This document shows positions 29,562 through 38,249 of a stretch of 64,000 nt of DNA, one piece after another (the stretch's first letter is position 1; each line of letters starts with the position of its first letter). Position numbers and translations under genes: made by a program. The stretch comes from a virus. The notes under the pieces were generated by a model. It was not told the origin of the DNA. It was given only the letters and a program-made list of their open reading frames with translations, and did no database searches. The stretch covers positions 19,901-83,900 of IMG/VR virus record IMGVR_UViG_3300029955_000013. One strand, 5' to 3'.

Positions 29562-29771
29562 ATGGATAAAAATGAGTTAAAGAAGGTTATTTACAAGACA
29601 CAACCGATTGCGATTTTGCTTAATGTCAGGAAAGACGGATTGTCTTATGCTGCGAGTGTCGATAACAAGATAGTAAAGTTCTTTATACCATACGATGAGA
29701 TTGGTGAAGTGGTTTGGTTTGCAGAGATGCCGGCAAAGTTGCTGATAAGGTATTTGATAGATGTTGATTAA
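29562..29771 (+). CDS. hypothetical protein
   Basis: 69-aa ORF. Confidence 0.6.
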   Translation: MDKNELKKVIYKTQPIAILLNVRKDGLSYAASVDNKIVKFFIPYDEIGEVVWFAEMPAKLLIRYLIDVD

Positions 29772-29780
29772 ATATTTTTT

Positions 29781-30062
29781 ATGGAAGCCAAAGAGAAAAG
29801 ATTTCAGGGCCCTAATGGCGAGTTCGTACCGAGTAAACCGCTCAAGAAAGGCTACCTTTCTATAAAGCAAGCTGATGAAATATGTGAGTGGGTTTATTGT
29901 CACGACTCGTTTAGCGACGAAGAGAAGTTAAAAATGATACTTGGGGTGGAGACGCTGATCGGGGACATAATATCTGAGAACCTTGGAGACTTCAATGTGG
30001 CTTATGTTCCAACCTGGTCAACAAAGTTTAATGACAAAACGCCAATATCGTCTAACGGTTAG
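29781..30062 (+). CDS. hypothetical protein
   Basis: 3' end overlaps the next tRNA. Confidence 0.5.
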   Translation: MEAKEKRFQGPNGEFVPSKPLKKGYLSIKQADEICEWVYCHDSFSDEEKLKMILGVETLIGDIISENLGDFNVAYVPTWSTKFNDKTPISSNG

Positions 30063-30113
30063 GATTGCTCGTTTTCAGCGAGAAAGATGTCGGTTCGAAT
30101 CCGTCTATTGGTT
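30041..30113 (+). tRNA. tRNA-Glu(TTC), second copy
   Basis: GCCAATA/TATTGGT; CTCG-TTTTCAG-CGAG; U discriminator. Confidence 0.75.
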
Positions 30114-30198
30114 CAAAACTTGGAGGAATCTGGGTCTATCCTGAATTAATAAAGTGCGAGCAAGTGTACATATCTCGCCGCAATAAAGTAAGAGGGAT

Positions 30199-30270
30199 CG
30201 TGGATTAGCTCAGTGGTAGAGTAGCAGGCTGATGGACTGTTGGTCGGTGGTTCAAATCCACCATCCACAA
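30199..30270 (+). tRNA. atypical tRNA, GAT anticodon with C1:A72 mismatch
   Basis: CGTGGAT/ATCCACA; loop CT-GAT-GG; T-loop TTCAAAT. Confidence 0.7.
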
Positions 30271-30352
30271 CAAACCAGATAGGAATGTCTGGTGTGCTCT
30301 GGTAATGAGAGTGTGAATAAGCGCGAATAAAACACACTGGTAAGAAACAGAG

Positions 30353-30424
30353 TGTACTATAGGGTAGTGGTAGCCCGTCGGCATCAACAGCCGAAGATCT
30401 CAGGTTCGATTCCTGGTAGTGCAA
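30353..30424 (+). tRNA. atypical tRNA, CAA anticodon with short variable loop
   Basis: TGTACTA/TAGTGCA; TCGGC-ATCAACA-GCCGA. Confidence 0.7.
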
Positions 30425-30430
30425 CAATTT

Positions 30431-30769
30431 ATGGCTGAATATTATCATATAACTAATAGTAAAAACCTTAGTAATATCCTTACGGAAGGCCTGATACCAA
30501 ACAAGGGATATGGCATGAGCCGTAGGTTAATAAAGCATAACAAAAACTTTATTACGGATAATATTGCCTACATAATTCATAAGCAGATAGGCTTCAAAAG
30601 GTTTATTACAAAAGATTATGTAGTTCTTAATATCGAGCCATACGGTTTAAATATCAAAGAACACACTTATTGGGATCATATAAACCATAAACATGAAGTT
30701 GCAAAGCATGAGTTTGTTTGTTTTGACGTAATATTACCGAACAAAATTAGTGTAATGCAGAACAATTAA
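30431..30769 (+). CDS. ART-fold protein (Tpt1/KptA C-terminal-like)
   Basis: YHIT...L.NIL.EGL.P motif. Confidence 0.5.
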   Translation: MAEYYHITNSKNLSNILTEGLIPNKGYGMSRRLIKHNKNFITDNIAYIIHKQIGFKRFITKDYVVLNIEPYGLNIKEHTYWDHINHKHEVAKHEFVCFDVILPNKISVMQNN

Positions 30770-30778
30770 AATAATTTT

Positions 30779-31651
30779 ATGAACACACGTATTGCGCCTT
30801 CCCCAACAGGCTTTTTTCATCTGGGGACTGCACGGACAGCTTATCACAACTGGCTTGTGGCTCGCGCAACGGGTGGCTTGTTCACCCTGAGGATCGACGA
30901 CACCGACGACGACAGGAACGATGAGGGTCATGTACAGATGATCTACGACTGCATGGACTGGCTTGGTCTCGATTATGACGATACTTTCAGGCAGAGCGAC
31001 CGGAACAAGATTTATGTTGATTACGCTCAGTTCCTTTTGGACATTGATTATGCTACTGTTGCCGACAATGGTGCTATAATGTTTAGATTTCGTGATGAAG
31101 ATTTAATTCACTTTTTTAACGACACTATCGCCGGCAAGATAGAAACTAAGCAGGATGACATCGACAATCTTAGGAGCCTTGTTCTTATGAAGTCTGATGG
31201 TAACCCTACTTATAACTTCTGTTCCATTGTCGACGACTACCTAAGCAAGATAGACTGGATAATTCGTGGCGCCGATCACATAAAGAATACGATAAAACAG
31301 CTACATGTCATAGAGGCAGTTCAGTCTTTGGATAATCCGGTTAATTATTGGAAACCAAAGTTCACCCATGTGGGCCTTATACACGACATGAGCAACAAGA
31401 AGCTGTCCAAGAGGACCGGTGCGAAAAGCGTGCTCGACTACAAGAACGAAGGCGTAAAGCCGGGTGCTCTGCTCAACACGCTGCTTAGGATTGGCTGGGC
31501 GCCTACCGACCCGAACTTCGACTCGAAGCATAAGATCGTGACGAAGGACATGGCGGTGGACATGATACTCAAGGAAGGTAACTTCAGGTCTGCTCCCGGT
31601 AAGTTCGATCCGATGAAACTCGCATACTACAATAAAAAGCATAGTAATTAA
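30779..31651 (+). CDS. minimal glutamyl-tRNA synthetase catalytic domain (GluRS/GluQRS-like)
   Basis: TRIAPSPTG.HLGT, LRIDDTD, IRGADH, KLSKR; 290 aa, no anticodon-binding domain. Confidence 0.9.
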   Translation: MNTRIAPSPTGFFHLGTARTAYHNWLVARATGGLFTLRIDDTDDDRNDEGHVQMIYDCMDWLGLDYDDTFRQSDRNKIYVDYAQFLLDIDYATVADNGAIMFRFRDEDLIHFFNDTIAGKIETKQDDIDNLRSLVLMKSDGNPTYNFCSIVDDYLSKIDWIIRGADHIKNTIKQLHVIEAVQSLDNPVNYWKPKFTHVGLIHDMSNKKLSKRTGAKSVLDYKNEGVKPGALLNTLLRIGWAPTDPNFDSKHKIVTKDMAVDMILKEGNFRSAPGKFDPMKLAYYNKKHSN

Positions 31652-31679
31652 AAAAATGTCGCACATCAGTGCGACACTC

Positions 31680-31750
31680 GCCCGTATAATTTAATGGAAG
31701 ACTAATCCTTTGGTATGGGATATGCATCAGTTCGATTCTGATTATGGGCT
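31680..31750 (+). tRNA. tRNA-Thr(GGT)
   Basis: GCCCGTA/TATGGGC; ATCCT-TTGGTAT-GGGAT; weak D-arm. Confidence 0.75.
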
Positions 31751-31766
31751 CATAAAATTTCAATTA

Positions 31767-31937
31767 ATGCAGTTATCGTTTGGTATTGGTGATACGGTTT
31801 ACGCGAACGTTGGTGGCCAGGAGATGAAAATATTGGATGTCTCTGGCAACACGTATATTTGTCAGGTAATTGTTGACGGTAAGACGGAAAAGGTTAACTT
31901 CGAAAAGGGAACAGTACACAAGAAAATAAGGAAATAA
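31767..31937 (+). CDS. small YodC-like hypothetical protein
   Basis: F.IGD.V....GG..M pattern. Confidence 0.45.
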   Translation: MQLSFGIGDTVYANVGGQEMKILDVSGNTYICQVIVDGKTEKVNFEKGTVHKKIRK

Positions 31938-31991
31938 TTTATAAATGGAAAACATTCACGTCTCGTCTGGATAGCTCATCATTGATCAACA

Positions 31992-32195
31992 ATGATGACT
32001 ACAATTACAAGAACTCGATTTTGGAGAGTCGAGTGGATCCATAGAAATGGATACCGTGCACCACATTCGTTTGTGGAAGCAAAAAACAAGAAAGAGGCTG
32101 TGAAAATAGCCCAAGATAATTCCAGGTTTACTGATTTTCCCAAGACTTGGTCCTTTAATCTTGTCCGCTTAGTGGAGAAGGGAGAGGAAGAATAA
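31992..32195 (+). CDS. hypothetical protein
   Basis: VEAKNKKEAVKIA phage-type motif. Confidence 0.55.
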   Translation: MMTTITRTRFWRVEWIHRNGYRAPHSFVEAKNKKEAVKIAQDNSRFTDFPKTWSFNLVRLVEKGEEE

Positions 32196-32313
32196 ATGAC
32201 TTAAAACCGAACGGGTTTGTGGACAAGCAACAACCTGCTCCTGGCCAGCAATGGTATATGGAAAAACCACTTTAAATATGTTGTCGTGAAAGGGGGCGGT
32301 GACCCTTTCAAAT

Positions 32314-32384
32314 GCGGGAGTAGCACAATGGTAGTGCACGGGCTTGCCAAGTCTGATACGAGGGTTCGATTCCCTTCTCCCGCT
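32314..32384 (+). tRNA. tRNA-Gly(GCC), second copy
   Basis: GCGGGAG/CTCCCGC; loop TT-GCC-AA. Confidence 0.92.
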
Positions 32385-32419
32385 CAGGGTTAAAAAGAGT
32401 TTAAAATAAAAACAATTCT

Positions 32420-32692
32420 ATGAGTAATTTAAAGATACCTTCTTTTGAAGAGGTATTAGCGAATGATGGCAAGGCTGAAGACCTTGAGCTTATTAAGATA
32501 GAAAAGCAATCTCAGCTTGACACCCAGGTCAGGACCATAGAGGTTAAGATAGCAAGGGCACGCAAGCTTTTTGCGAAGTCTGTGATCGACCCGAAGATTG
32601 ACACTTTGGCGATTGCCTCAGAACTAAAGATATTGACTGCGGAACTCGAGCTTGCGAAGGAAATAAGAGAGGCGGTTTTCCCAAAAAATTAA
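32420..32692 (+). CDS. hypothetical coiled-coil protein
   Basis: 90-aa ORF. Confidence 0.6.
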   Translation: MSNLKIPSFEEVLANDGKAEDLELIKIEKQSQLDTQVRTIEVKIARARKLFAKSVIDPKIDTLAIASELKILTAELELAKEIREAVFPKN

Positions 32693-32696
32693 TTTG

Positions 32697-33476
32697 ATGA
32701 GCGTTATTGATGAACTTTGGAAACCTCAGCAAGAATCCGTTCACGATTATGACGACACTGTAAAAGAACTGCATCCGTACAAGGATTATATCCAGGAGAA
32801 GTATCGGCCGGAGCCTTGCGATTACAACAATTCGCCGCCTCGTTTTTATTATGGTTATGGCAACAGTTCTATTTTAATCACCAAGCAGCGTGGAAGGCGT
32901 AGGCATCTTGGGAAGCATATCATCATCAAAAAGACGCTTAAAAGCACCTATCTCGATTTTGAGCTTCCTGACAAACTTTACGTTACTGTAGAGGGTTTGA
33001 TCGTACATGAAAGCGATTTCTATTGTACTGATGACTCGTTCATGGAGGCGGAATACTTTACTAACAAGTCCATTTACCTGCAGTTTAAAGACGTTAGTTG
33101 CGACATCAACTTAATAGCTTATTTCTTGACCAATAAGGAGTATGATGATTACGAGAAGGAAGACTATCGGTATAGGAGCATGGGCATGATGAGTCCTGTG
33201 CTGGAAATTTACAAGTATCTGCACGAGGGTCGTTCGAAGATAGAGATCGTTTACTGCAATACCTTCTTTGATGATCCGAACAAGCATGTCATAAATAACA
33301 TGTTAAATACGAGTAAGTTTTTGATAGACCCGGTGGCCCCAATCGTACAAAGTGTTTGTGATCTCGGCCGGCATCTGTTCGTCAGCTCTAATGGTTACAT
33401 CTGTCACTGGAAGTTTTATACCAGATTAGATACAGACTTACTGATAAGACATGCTAAAAAACTTGTATTTCTATGA
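32697..33476 (+). CDS. hypothetical protein
   Basis: ~259-aa ORF. Confidence 0.6.
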   Translation: MSVIDELWKPQQESVHDYDDTVKELHPYKDYIQEKYRPEPCDYNNSPPRFYYGYGNSSILITKQRGRRRHLGKHIIIKKTLKSTYLDFELPDKLYVTVEGLIVHESDFYCTDDSFMEAEYFTNKSIYLQFKDVSCDINLIAYFLTNKEYDDYEKEDYRYRSMGMMSPVLEIYKYLHEGRSKIEIVYCNTFFDDPNKHVINNMLNTSKFLIDPVAPIVQSVCDLGRHLFVSSNGYICHWKFYTRLDTDLLIRHAKKLVFL

Positions 33477-33964
33477 ACATATTTGTGCTCGGCGGTACCA
33501 AGTCCGGTAAATCCACCATTGCGAAGTATATTGCTGATACGTATGGCTTCAAACTCATACAGATGTCCAAGCCGCTGAAAGATAGGTTCGAGCGTGGGGA
33601 TCTGAACATAGACGTTTACACGAACATGTTGGTTAAGACCACGCTTAGTTACATAGGTTCCAAAGAGAGGCGTAAATCTGAGTATTTCTTGAATTACGCT
33701 TTGCTGGAAATGGGGCCTAATAATGTGTTCGACGGTGTGCGGAACCCTCGTGACTTCATGAGGCTTTTCAATCACTTCGAGGACATGGTTATAAAGATGC
33801 CTGGCGAAGGCATAAATGCTTTTGAGGTGGATGGCTTAAGAGCTATATTCGGCTGCCACAGGTATATGTACAAGTACATGAGCGCAAAGCCGCTGATCAA
33901 GTACCATTACGATCTGGAGCTATCCATAGAGGAGAATTTCCAGAACAACAAAATAGTCATTTAA
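33473..33964 (+). CDS. P-loop nucleotide kinase-like protein
   Basis: GGTKSGKST, FDGVRN. Confidence 0.7.
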   Translation: MNIFVLGGTKSGKSTIAKYIADTYGFKLIQMSKPLKDRFERGDLNIDVYTNMLVKTTLSYIGSKERRKSEYFLNYALLEMGPNNVFDGVRNPRDFMRLFNHFEDMVIKMPGEGINAFEVDGLRAIFGCHRYMYKYMSAKPLIKYHYDLELSIEENFQNNKIVI

Positions 33965-33973
33965 AAGTAGCTT

Positions 33974-35185
33974 ATGGTTTCTAAATTCGCAATGGACGAC
34001 GCTTATGCTGTACAGGCAGACATTATAGAAGGTTGGTACACGAAGTACAAGTCCATGGATTTGCCTAACGGCTTCAAGAGGGTGTTGTATAGCTTTTCTA
34101 AAAGCGGCGTATCTGTTGCTCTCGGCAGGAATGAAAAATACGGGTATTTCATCTGCGCTTACGGTCAGGGCGAATATTCTTTCGTGATGACAGAAGCTGA
34201 TAGCGAGAACATTCCTGCCGAGGAAGTCTTTGACGTTAAAACTAAGGAAGGATTTATAAAGCATTTCGAGAGGTTTTGCAGGGAGTATAATTACTTGGAT
34301 TTCGAGGTAGTCGATAATGTAAGAGCCTATGATGACACGACGCTTTTCTGCCCGGCCGGGATGCAGAAGTATAAGAACGTGTTTAAGGCGGAGTGCCCAG
34401 AGGATGCTGACAAGGCCGTAAGGCGTCAGTACATGAAGCTAAATGAGAGTGTTATAGCAAATATTCAACCTTGCATAAGGATGAACGATTTGGATGATAT
34501 TGGTGACGGCACGCATTTGCTTTACTTCAACATGATGGGCCTTTTTGCATTTAGGACTCCTGGCTTTGGTGTTAGGCATGCTGTAAAATTTTGGCTTGAT
34601 TTCCTTGAGACGATCGGCTTGAAACCGGATCTTGTTACTGTCCACCCAGACAAGCAAGATTGGATATTTTATTACCAAGATGAAACGGTAGAGCAGAAAT
34701 ATGTAGACGATTTTCTTCAGTATAACGGGCCTGATTTCCTGCTCGATCCAGATTGCACGTGGACTGATGGCGAGATTGGAGGTTACTGTACGGAGTTCTA
34801 CATAAAGGACGTGGAGATAGGCAACATTGTGAATCCGCTTGGTAACTGCATAGATTGCGGCTTTGGCCTCGAGAGGATTCTGTATATACTCAATAATGAG
34901 TTGACTATCGCAACCGATTTGGACACGCTTAAGGAAACCATACTTAAGATATTAGACAGCGGTTACACGCCATCTAATCTCAAACAGGGCTATGTTTTAA
35001 GGAAGCTGTTGAGGGAGTTCGTCAAGAAGGGCGGCGAGATGGATCACGAGGTGTTTCTCGACGAGAAGGATAGGCAGCGAAAAATATATGACAGGTGGCT
35101 GCTGCTCAAGGATAAGCACAAGGACAAGAGCCCTGAATGGTGGTATGATACGCACGGGATTGATTTGAAAATGATAAACGGTTAA
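33974..35185 (+). CDS. minimal alanyl-tRNA synthetase (aminoacylation domain only) with N-terminal extension
   Basis: TLFCPAGMQ, QPCIRMND, H..YFNMMG.F, IDCGFGLERI, GYVLRKLLR, YDTHG. Confidence 0.88.
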   Translation: MVSKFAMDDAYAVQADIIEGWYTKYKSMDLPNGFKRVLYSFSKSGVSVALGRNEKYGYFICAYGQGEYSFVMTEADSENIPAEEVFDVKTKEGFIKHFERFCREYNYLDFEVVDNVRAYDDTTLFCPAGMQKYKNVFKAECPEDADKAVRRQYMKLNESVIANIQPCIRMNDLDDIGDGTHLLYFNMMGLFAFRTPGFGVRHAVKFWLDFLETIGLKPDLVTVHPDKQDWIFYYQDETVEQKYVDDFLQYNGPDFLLDPDCTWTDGEIGGYCTEFYIKDVEIGNIVNPLGNCIDCGFGLERILYILNNELTIATDLDTLKETILKILDSGYTPSNLKQGYVLRKLLREFVKKGGEMDHEVFLDEKDRQRKIYDRWLLLKDKHKDKSPEWWYDTHGIDLKMING

Positions 35186-35188
35186 TTT

Positions 35189-35506
35189 ATGACCAAAGCG
35201 CCTTTTGACGTCTTCTTTACTTTTGATATAAGTTTGAATATTGTGTCTTATGATTCGGATAGTGATACAATGAATTGGTTTAGCCGGTCTGTTCGTAATC
35301 AGATTAAGCTTCACGAGGAAGTTGGAAAGAAGATGGAAGACAGAGGCTATCTTTATGGCTGGTATGAAATATTGGAGACTGATTTTAACTTTCTCACACC
35401 GGCTAAAGAGTCGATCCAGGATAAAAAGGTAAAAGTAAAAGTCGGCGCCTATAAGGATGAACAGTTTATGTATTCTAAGAAAGAATTGGAAAAAATGGTA
35501 AGTTGA
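35189..35506 (+). CDS. hypothetical protein
   Basis: 105-aa ORF. Confidence 0.55.
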   Translation: MTKAPFDVFFTFDISLNIVSYDSDSDTMNWFSRSVRNQIKLHEEVGKKMEDRGYLYGWYEILETDFNFLTPAKESIQDKKVKVKVGAYKDEQFMYSKKELEKMVS

Positions 35507-35516
35507 TAAGTAAGAT

Positions 35517-35592
35517 GGGCGATTACTCCCTCACCCTTATAAGGTGTTGAAAGGATAGTTGGTACAGTTCGGTTCGATCCCGAAATCGCCTA
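35517..35592 (+). tRNA. non-canonical D-armless tRNA with TAT (Ile) anticodon
   Basis: GGGCGAT/ATCGCCT; CACC-CTTATAA-GGTG; TTCGG-TTCGATC-CCGAA. Confidence 0.7.
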
Positions 35593-35594
35593 CA

Positions 35595-36071
35595 ATGATT
35601 TACGATGAATTGTGTGGAGAGATTTATGACGAGGTGATAAAGTTTAATATTTTTAAACAGTACCTCGAGAATTACGATGTAGATTTGCCTAAGTTAAGAG
35701 TTGAGACGCTCGATTTTTGTTCACAGACAGTCGATGGCAGGGATGCGGATTATATGGCCAGGATTGCCGCGGCAAAGCCGAAGATTTATTTCGCTACTCT
35801 TATAAAGAGCAAGATACTTGGCGAGCTCGTTAAAATCAAGAAACGTCAAGATTTACTCGAGAAATGGCAGGCATCAGGCATATTGGATGGCTTACACCAG
35901 GGAGTTAACACTAATATTGTTGCATTGATGGAAAGCCAGTCGGAGCAGAGTATTACTGAAAACAGGAGCGCTGAGTTCTATTGGGACACAGTAAGGCTTC
36001 CGCTCGTAAGGAGTGTGTTAATTGATTCTTTAATCAAAGAAGCAGAGCATGACCAGGAAGAAAAGGTATGA
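35595..36071 (+). CDS. hypothetical protein with segment resembling T4-like major capsid N-terminus
   Basis: LLEKW..SG.LDGL...NI..LMESQ...LPLVR.V. Confidence 0.55.
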   Translation: MIYDELCGEIYDEVIKFNIFKQYLENYDVDLPKLRVETLDFCSQTVDGRDADYMARIAAAKPKIYFATLIKSKILGELVKIKKRQDLLEKWQASGILDGLHQGVNTNIVALMESQSEQSITENRSAEFYWDTVRLPLVRSVLIDSLIKEAEHDQEEKV

Positions 36072-36429
36072 ACTTACGAAATCGTCTGCCGATAAATTGA
36101 CAGACGCCATTGGGTGCAAGATAGATTTTAAGATAAAAGAGCTTGTAGTTTATCTTAACTTAAATAAGTTCGTTACATTTGCATCTTGTCAGGGACATAG
36201 GAGTCACGGCTTGCGTTACCCTTGGATTGATTTCGACATAAAGTCATACAATGGTTTATTCGATTTTATAAAGAGGCACAAAATCGTCGGCCTTGAAATA
36301 AAGCTCTTGGAAAGCGGTGATGGTTTCGTTATGAGGCTACAACCGGTAGACAAGACCAGGATAAAGGCGGCGAGGGATATTTTTCACATGCTTGAGAAGA
36401 AGTTAAGTAAAAGTTTTTGGAATAAATAA
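36049..36429 (+). CDS. hypothetical protein (T.ASC.GH motif)
   Basis: FVTFASCQGH...PWIDF. Confidence 0.55.
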   Translation: MTRKKRYELTKSSADKLTDAIGCKIDFKIKELVVYLNLNKFVTFASCQGHRSHGLRYPWIDFDIKSYNGLFDFIKRHKIVGLEIKLLESGDGFVMRLQPVDKTRIKAARDIFHMLEKKLSKSFWNK

Positions 36430-36480
36430 GTGATTCTTAGTTTCATCGCTGTAGGGATTCTATTAATCAAAACAGTTAAA

Positions 36481-36834
36481 ATGAAAGATCTAAGAATGGC
36501 CTTTGAGGGTTTGAGGAAAAACCCAGTATTCGTTGAAAATTTCTCTTGTGTAGAAGACGTCTTTAATGGTTTTGTCACATCGGAAGAACAAGAGCAGGGA
36601 GTAGAGATACTATATGCTGCTTACCATAGACCAGATTGGGAAGGCTATGCTACAGTTTACTTCTACAATGCGATCTCCGGAAAGTATTACGAGGTACACG
36701 GCTCACACTGTTCCTGCTACGGCTTGGAAGGTCAATGGGTCCCAGAGGAATTATCGTTAGAGGGATTGCAATACATCCTCGACAATGGTAATTCACACGA
36801 GTATGACGACTTTAGAGAAATCTTGGGAAGTTAA
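36481..36834 (+). CDS. hypothetical phage protein
   Basis: GSHCSCYGLEGQW.PE motif. Confidence 0.7.
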   Translation: MKDLRMAFEGLRKNPVFVENFSCVEDVFNGFVTSEEQEQGVEILYAAYHRPDWEGYATVYFYNAISGKYYEVHGSHCSCYGLEGQWVPEELSLEGLQYILDNGNSHEYDDFREILGS

Positions 36835-36887
36835 AAAAATGGTATCAAAGTATTGGGTGAGATTCCCAGTATTCCCTGATACCAAAC

Positions 36888-36960
36888 AGGCCTGTATATC
36901 ATCGGTTAGATAGCCATGCTGATAACATGGAAGCAGTTGGTTCGACTCCAACCTGGCCTA
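36888..36960 (+). tRNA. tRNA-Ile(GAT)
   Basis: CCATG-CTGATAA-CATGG. Confidence 0.88.
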
Positions 36961-36975
36961 CACTAAAAGAATTTT

Positions 36976-38142
36976 ATGAAAGTAGATGTTAACCAGTTCA
37001 AGGAGATACCTTCTCCTCACGGAGTTGGATTGTGTGTCTACGGCGGCATGAGCGATGAAATCAAGGCATGGACCGAGTATCACGATATAAAGACAGAATT
37101 CCACGGAAGATTTACTAATTTTCTGTTTGACGGCCAGGATCTCGATAATTGTTTCAACGAGGGGAAGGTGTACGATTACGTGGATGGTTTTTCGCCGAAT
37201 CTTAATAAGCATTTGCACCTCGGTCATGCGTCTAATTTTGTAATAGCGAAAGCGTTGCAGAACATGGGAATTGGCAAGAAGTACATTGCGAACCTTGGTG
37301 ATACTGTTACTGGAGCTGTTGATAAGTTCGAGGCGCTCGAGGCTTTGAGTGACCTTTGGGACAAGTTTGATTACAAGGTCGATAAGATTTACTTCGCTAC
37401 ACAATTGGTAGGCGATGTTGAGATGGAGGATGGTACTGGCGATTATGTCGGCACGAAGGTTTTCGACGTGAACGGTCAGAAGATAGTTGGCCAGAAGAGC
37501 AACGGTAATTATAGTTACTTTTACCATGACGTCGTTCTCGCGAGCAAGTTGAAAGGCGAGACTCTGTATATGACCGGTTTCGAGCAGAAGGAGCACTTTG
37601 AGAGCTTGAAGTGTCTTTACCCCGGCACTAACCACCTGATGCTTGGCCTCGTGACGATCGACGGCAGGAAGATGTCGAGTAGCGAGGGTAACGTGATTAT
37701 GTTGGCGGACGTCATGGACACGCTCAGGACCGAATTTGGAGACGATCACCTTGCTTGGAATGTTTTGAGTGGTTATATACTCAAGTCAGACGTGGACTCG
37801 GTTAAGGACATCAATATGGCCAACATAGACAACCCACGACAGTCTCTCGGTTTGTACTTCAGTTACACGCTCGCAAAGTTGAAGAGCGCCGGCATGAATG
37901 TGGAGCTGAAGGAAAAGTTTAATTCTTTTCGGATGCAGTACAAGTTCTTGAAGGCAAAGACGAACCTGCAGCCGAGAATATTGTTCGACGGCATTTTCGA
38001 TGTTGCAAAGAAGATTAGTACTCTATACGTAAACCACCACATAGCAGGCAACAAGAAAAACCAGGAGCTGTACCAGCCTTTGATGGAGGATTTGCTGCTC
38101 GGCATGGTAAAGCTTGGCATGTTTGACGTAGATAAGGTTTAA
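36976..38142 (+). CDS. compact arginyl-tRNA synthetase-like protein
   Basis: SPNLNKHLHLGH, EQ.EHF, KMSSSEGNVI, LYFSYTLAKLKS, LG..KLG; 388 aa. Confidence 0.85.
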   Translation: MKVDVNQFKEIPSPHGVGLCVYGGMSDEIKAWTEYHDIKTEFHGRFTNFLFDGQDLDNCFNEGKVYDYVDGFSPNLNKHLHLGHASNFVIAKALQNMGIGKKYIANLGDTVTGAVDKFEALEALSDLWDKFDYKVDKIYFATQLVGDVEMEDGTGDYVGTKVFDVNGQKIVGQKSNGNYSYFYHDVVLASKLKGETLYMTGFEQKEHFESLKCLYPGTNHLMLGLVTIDGRKMSSSEGNVIMLADVMDTLRTEFGDDHLAWNVLSGYILKSDVDSVKDINMANIDNPRQSLGLYFSYTLAKLKSAGMNVELKEKFNSFRMQYKFLKAKTNLQPRILFDGIFDVAKKISTLYVNHHIAGNKKNQELYQPLMEDLLLGMVKLGMFDVDKV

Positions 38143-38249
38143 AGATAGTGCACCGGGATGGGATACCGGAACAGAATGCGATCCTCAAAGAATATAGCAA
38201 TTAGGCCGCCTGTGGCTATGTGTTAAATGGTATGAGGCATCCCAACAAT

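Noticed and set aside
32200-32312. Possible ncRNA before tRNA-Gly
   Set aside because: Only short hairpins (e.g. GAAAGGG/CCCTTTC); not enough to support a call.
36958-37749. Long antisense ORFs (also 21066-21737, 43063-43737, 48757-49329, 52130-52690, 53109-53687)
   Set aside because: They lie opposite well-supported genes and have no motifs; codon-bias shadows.
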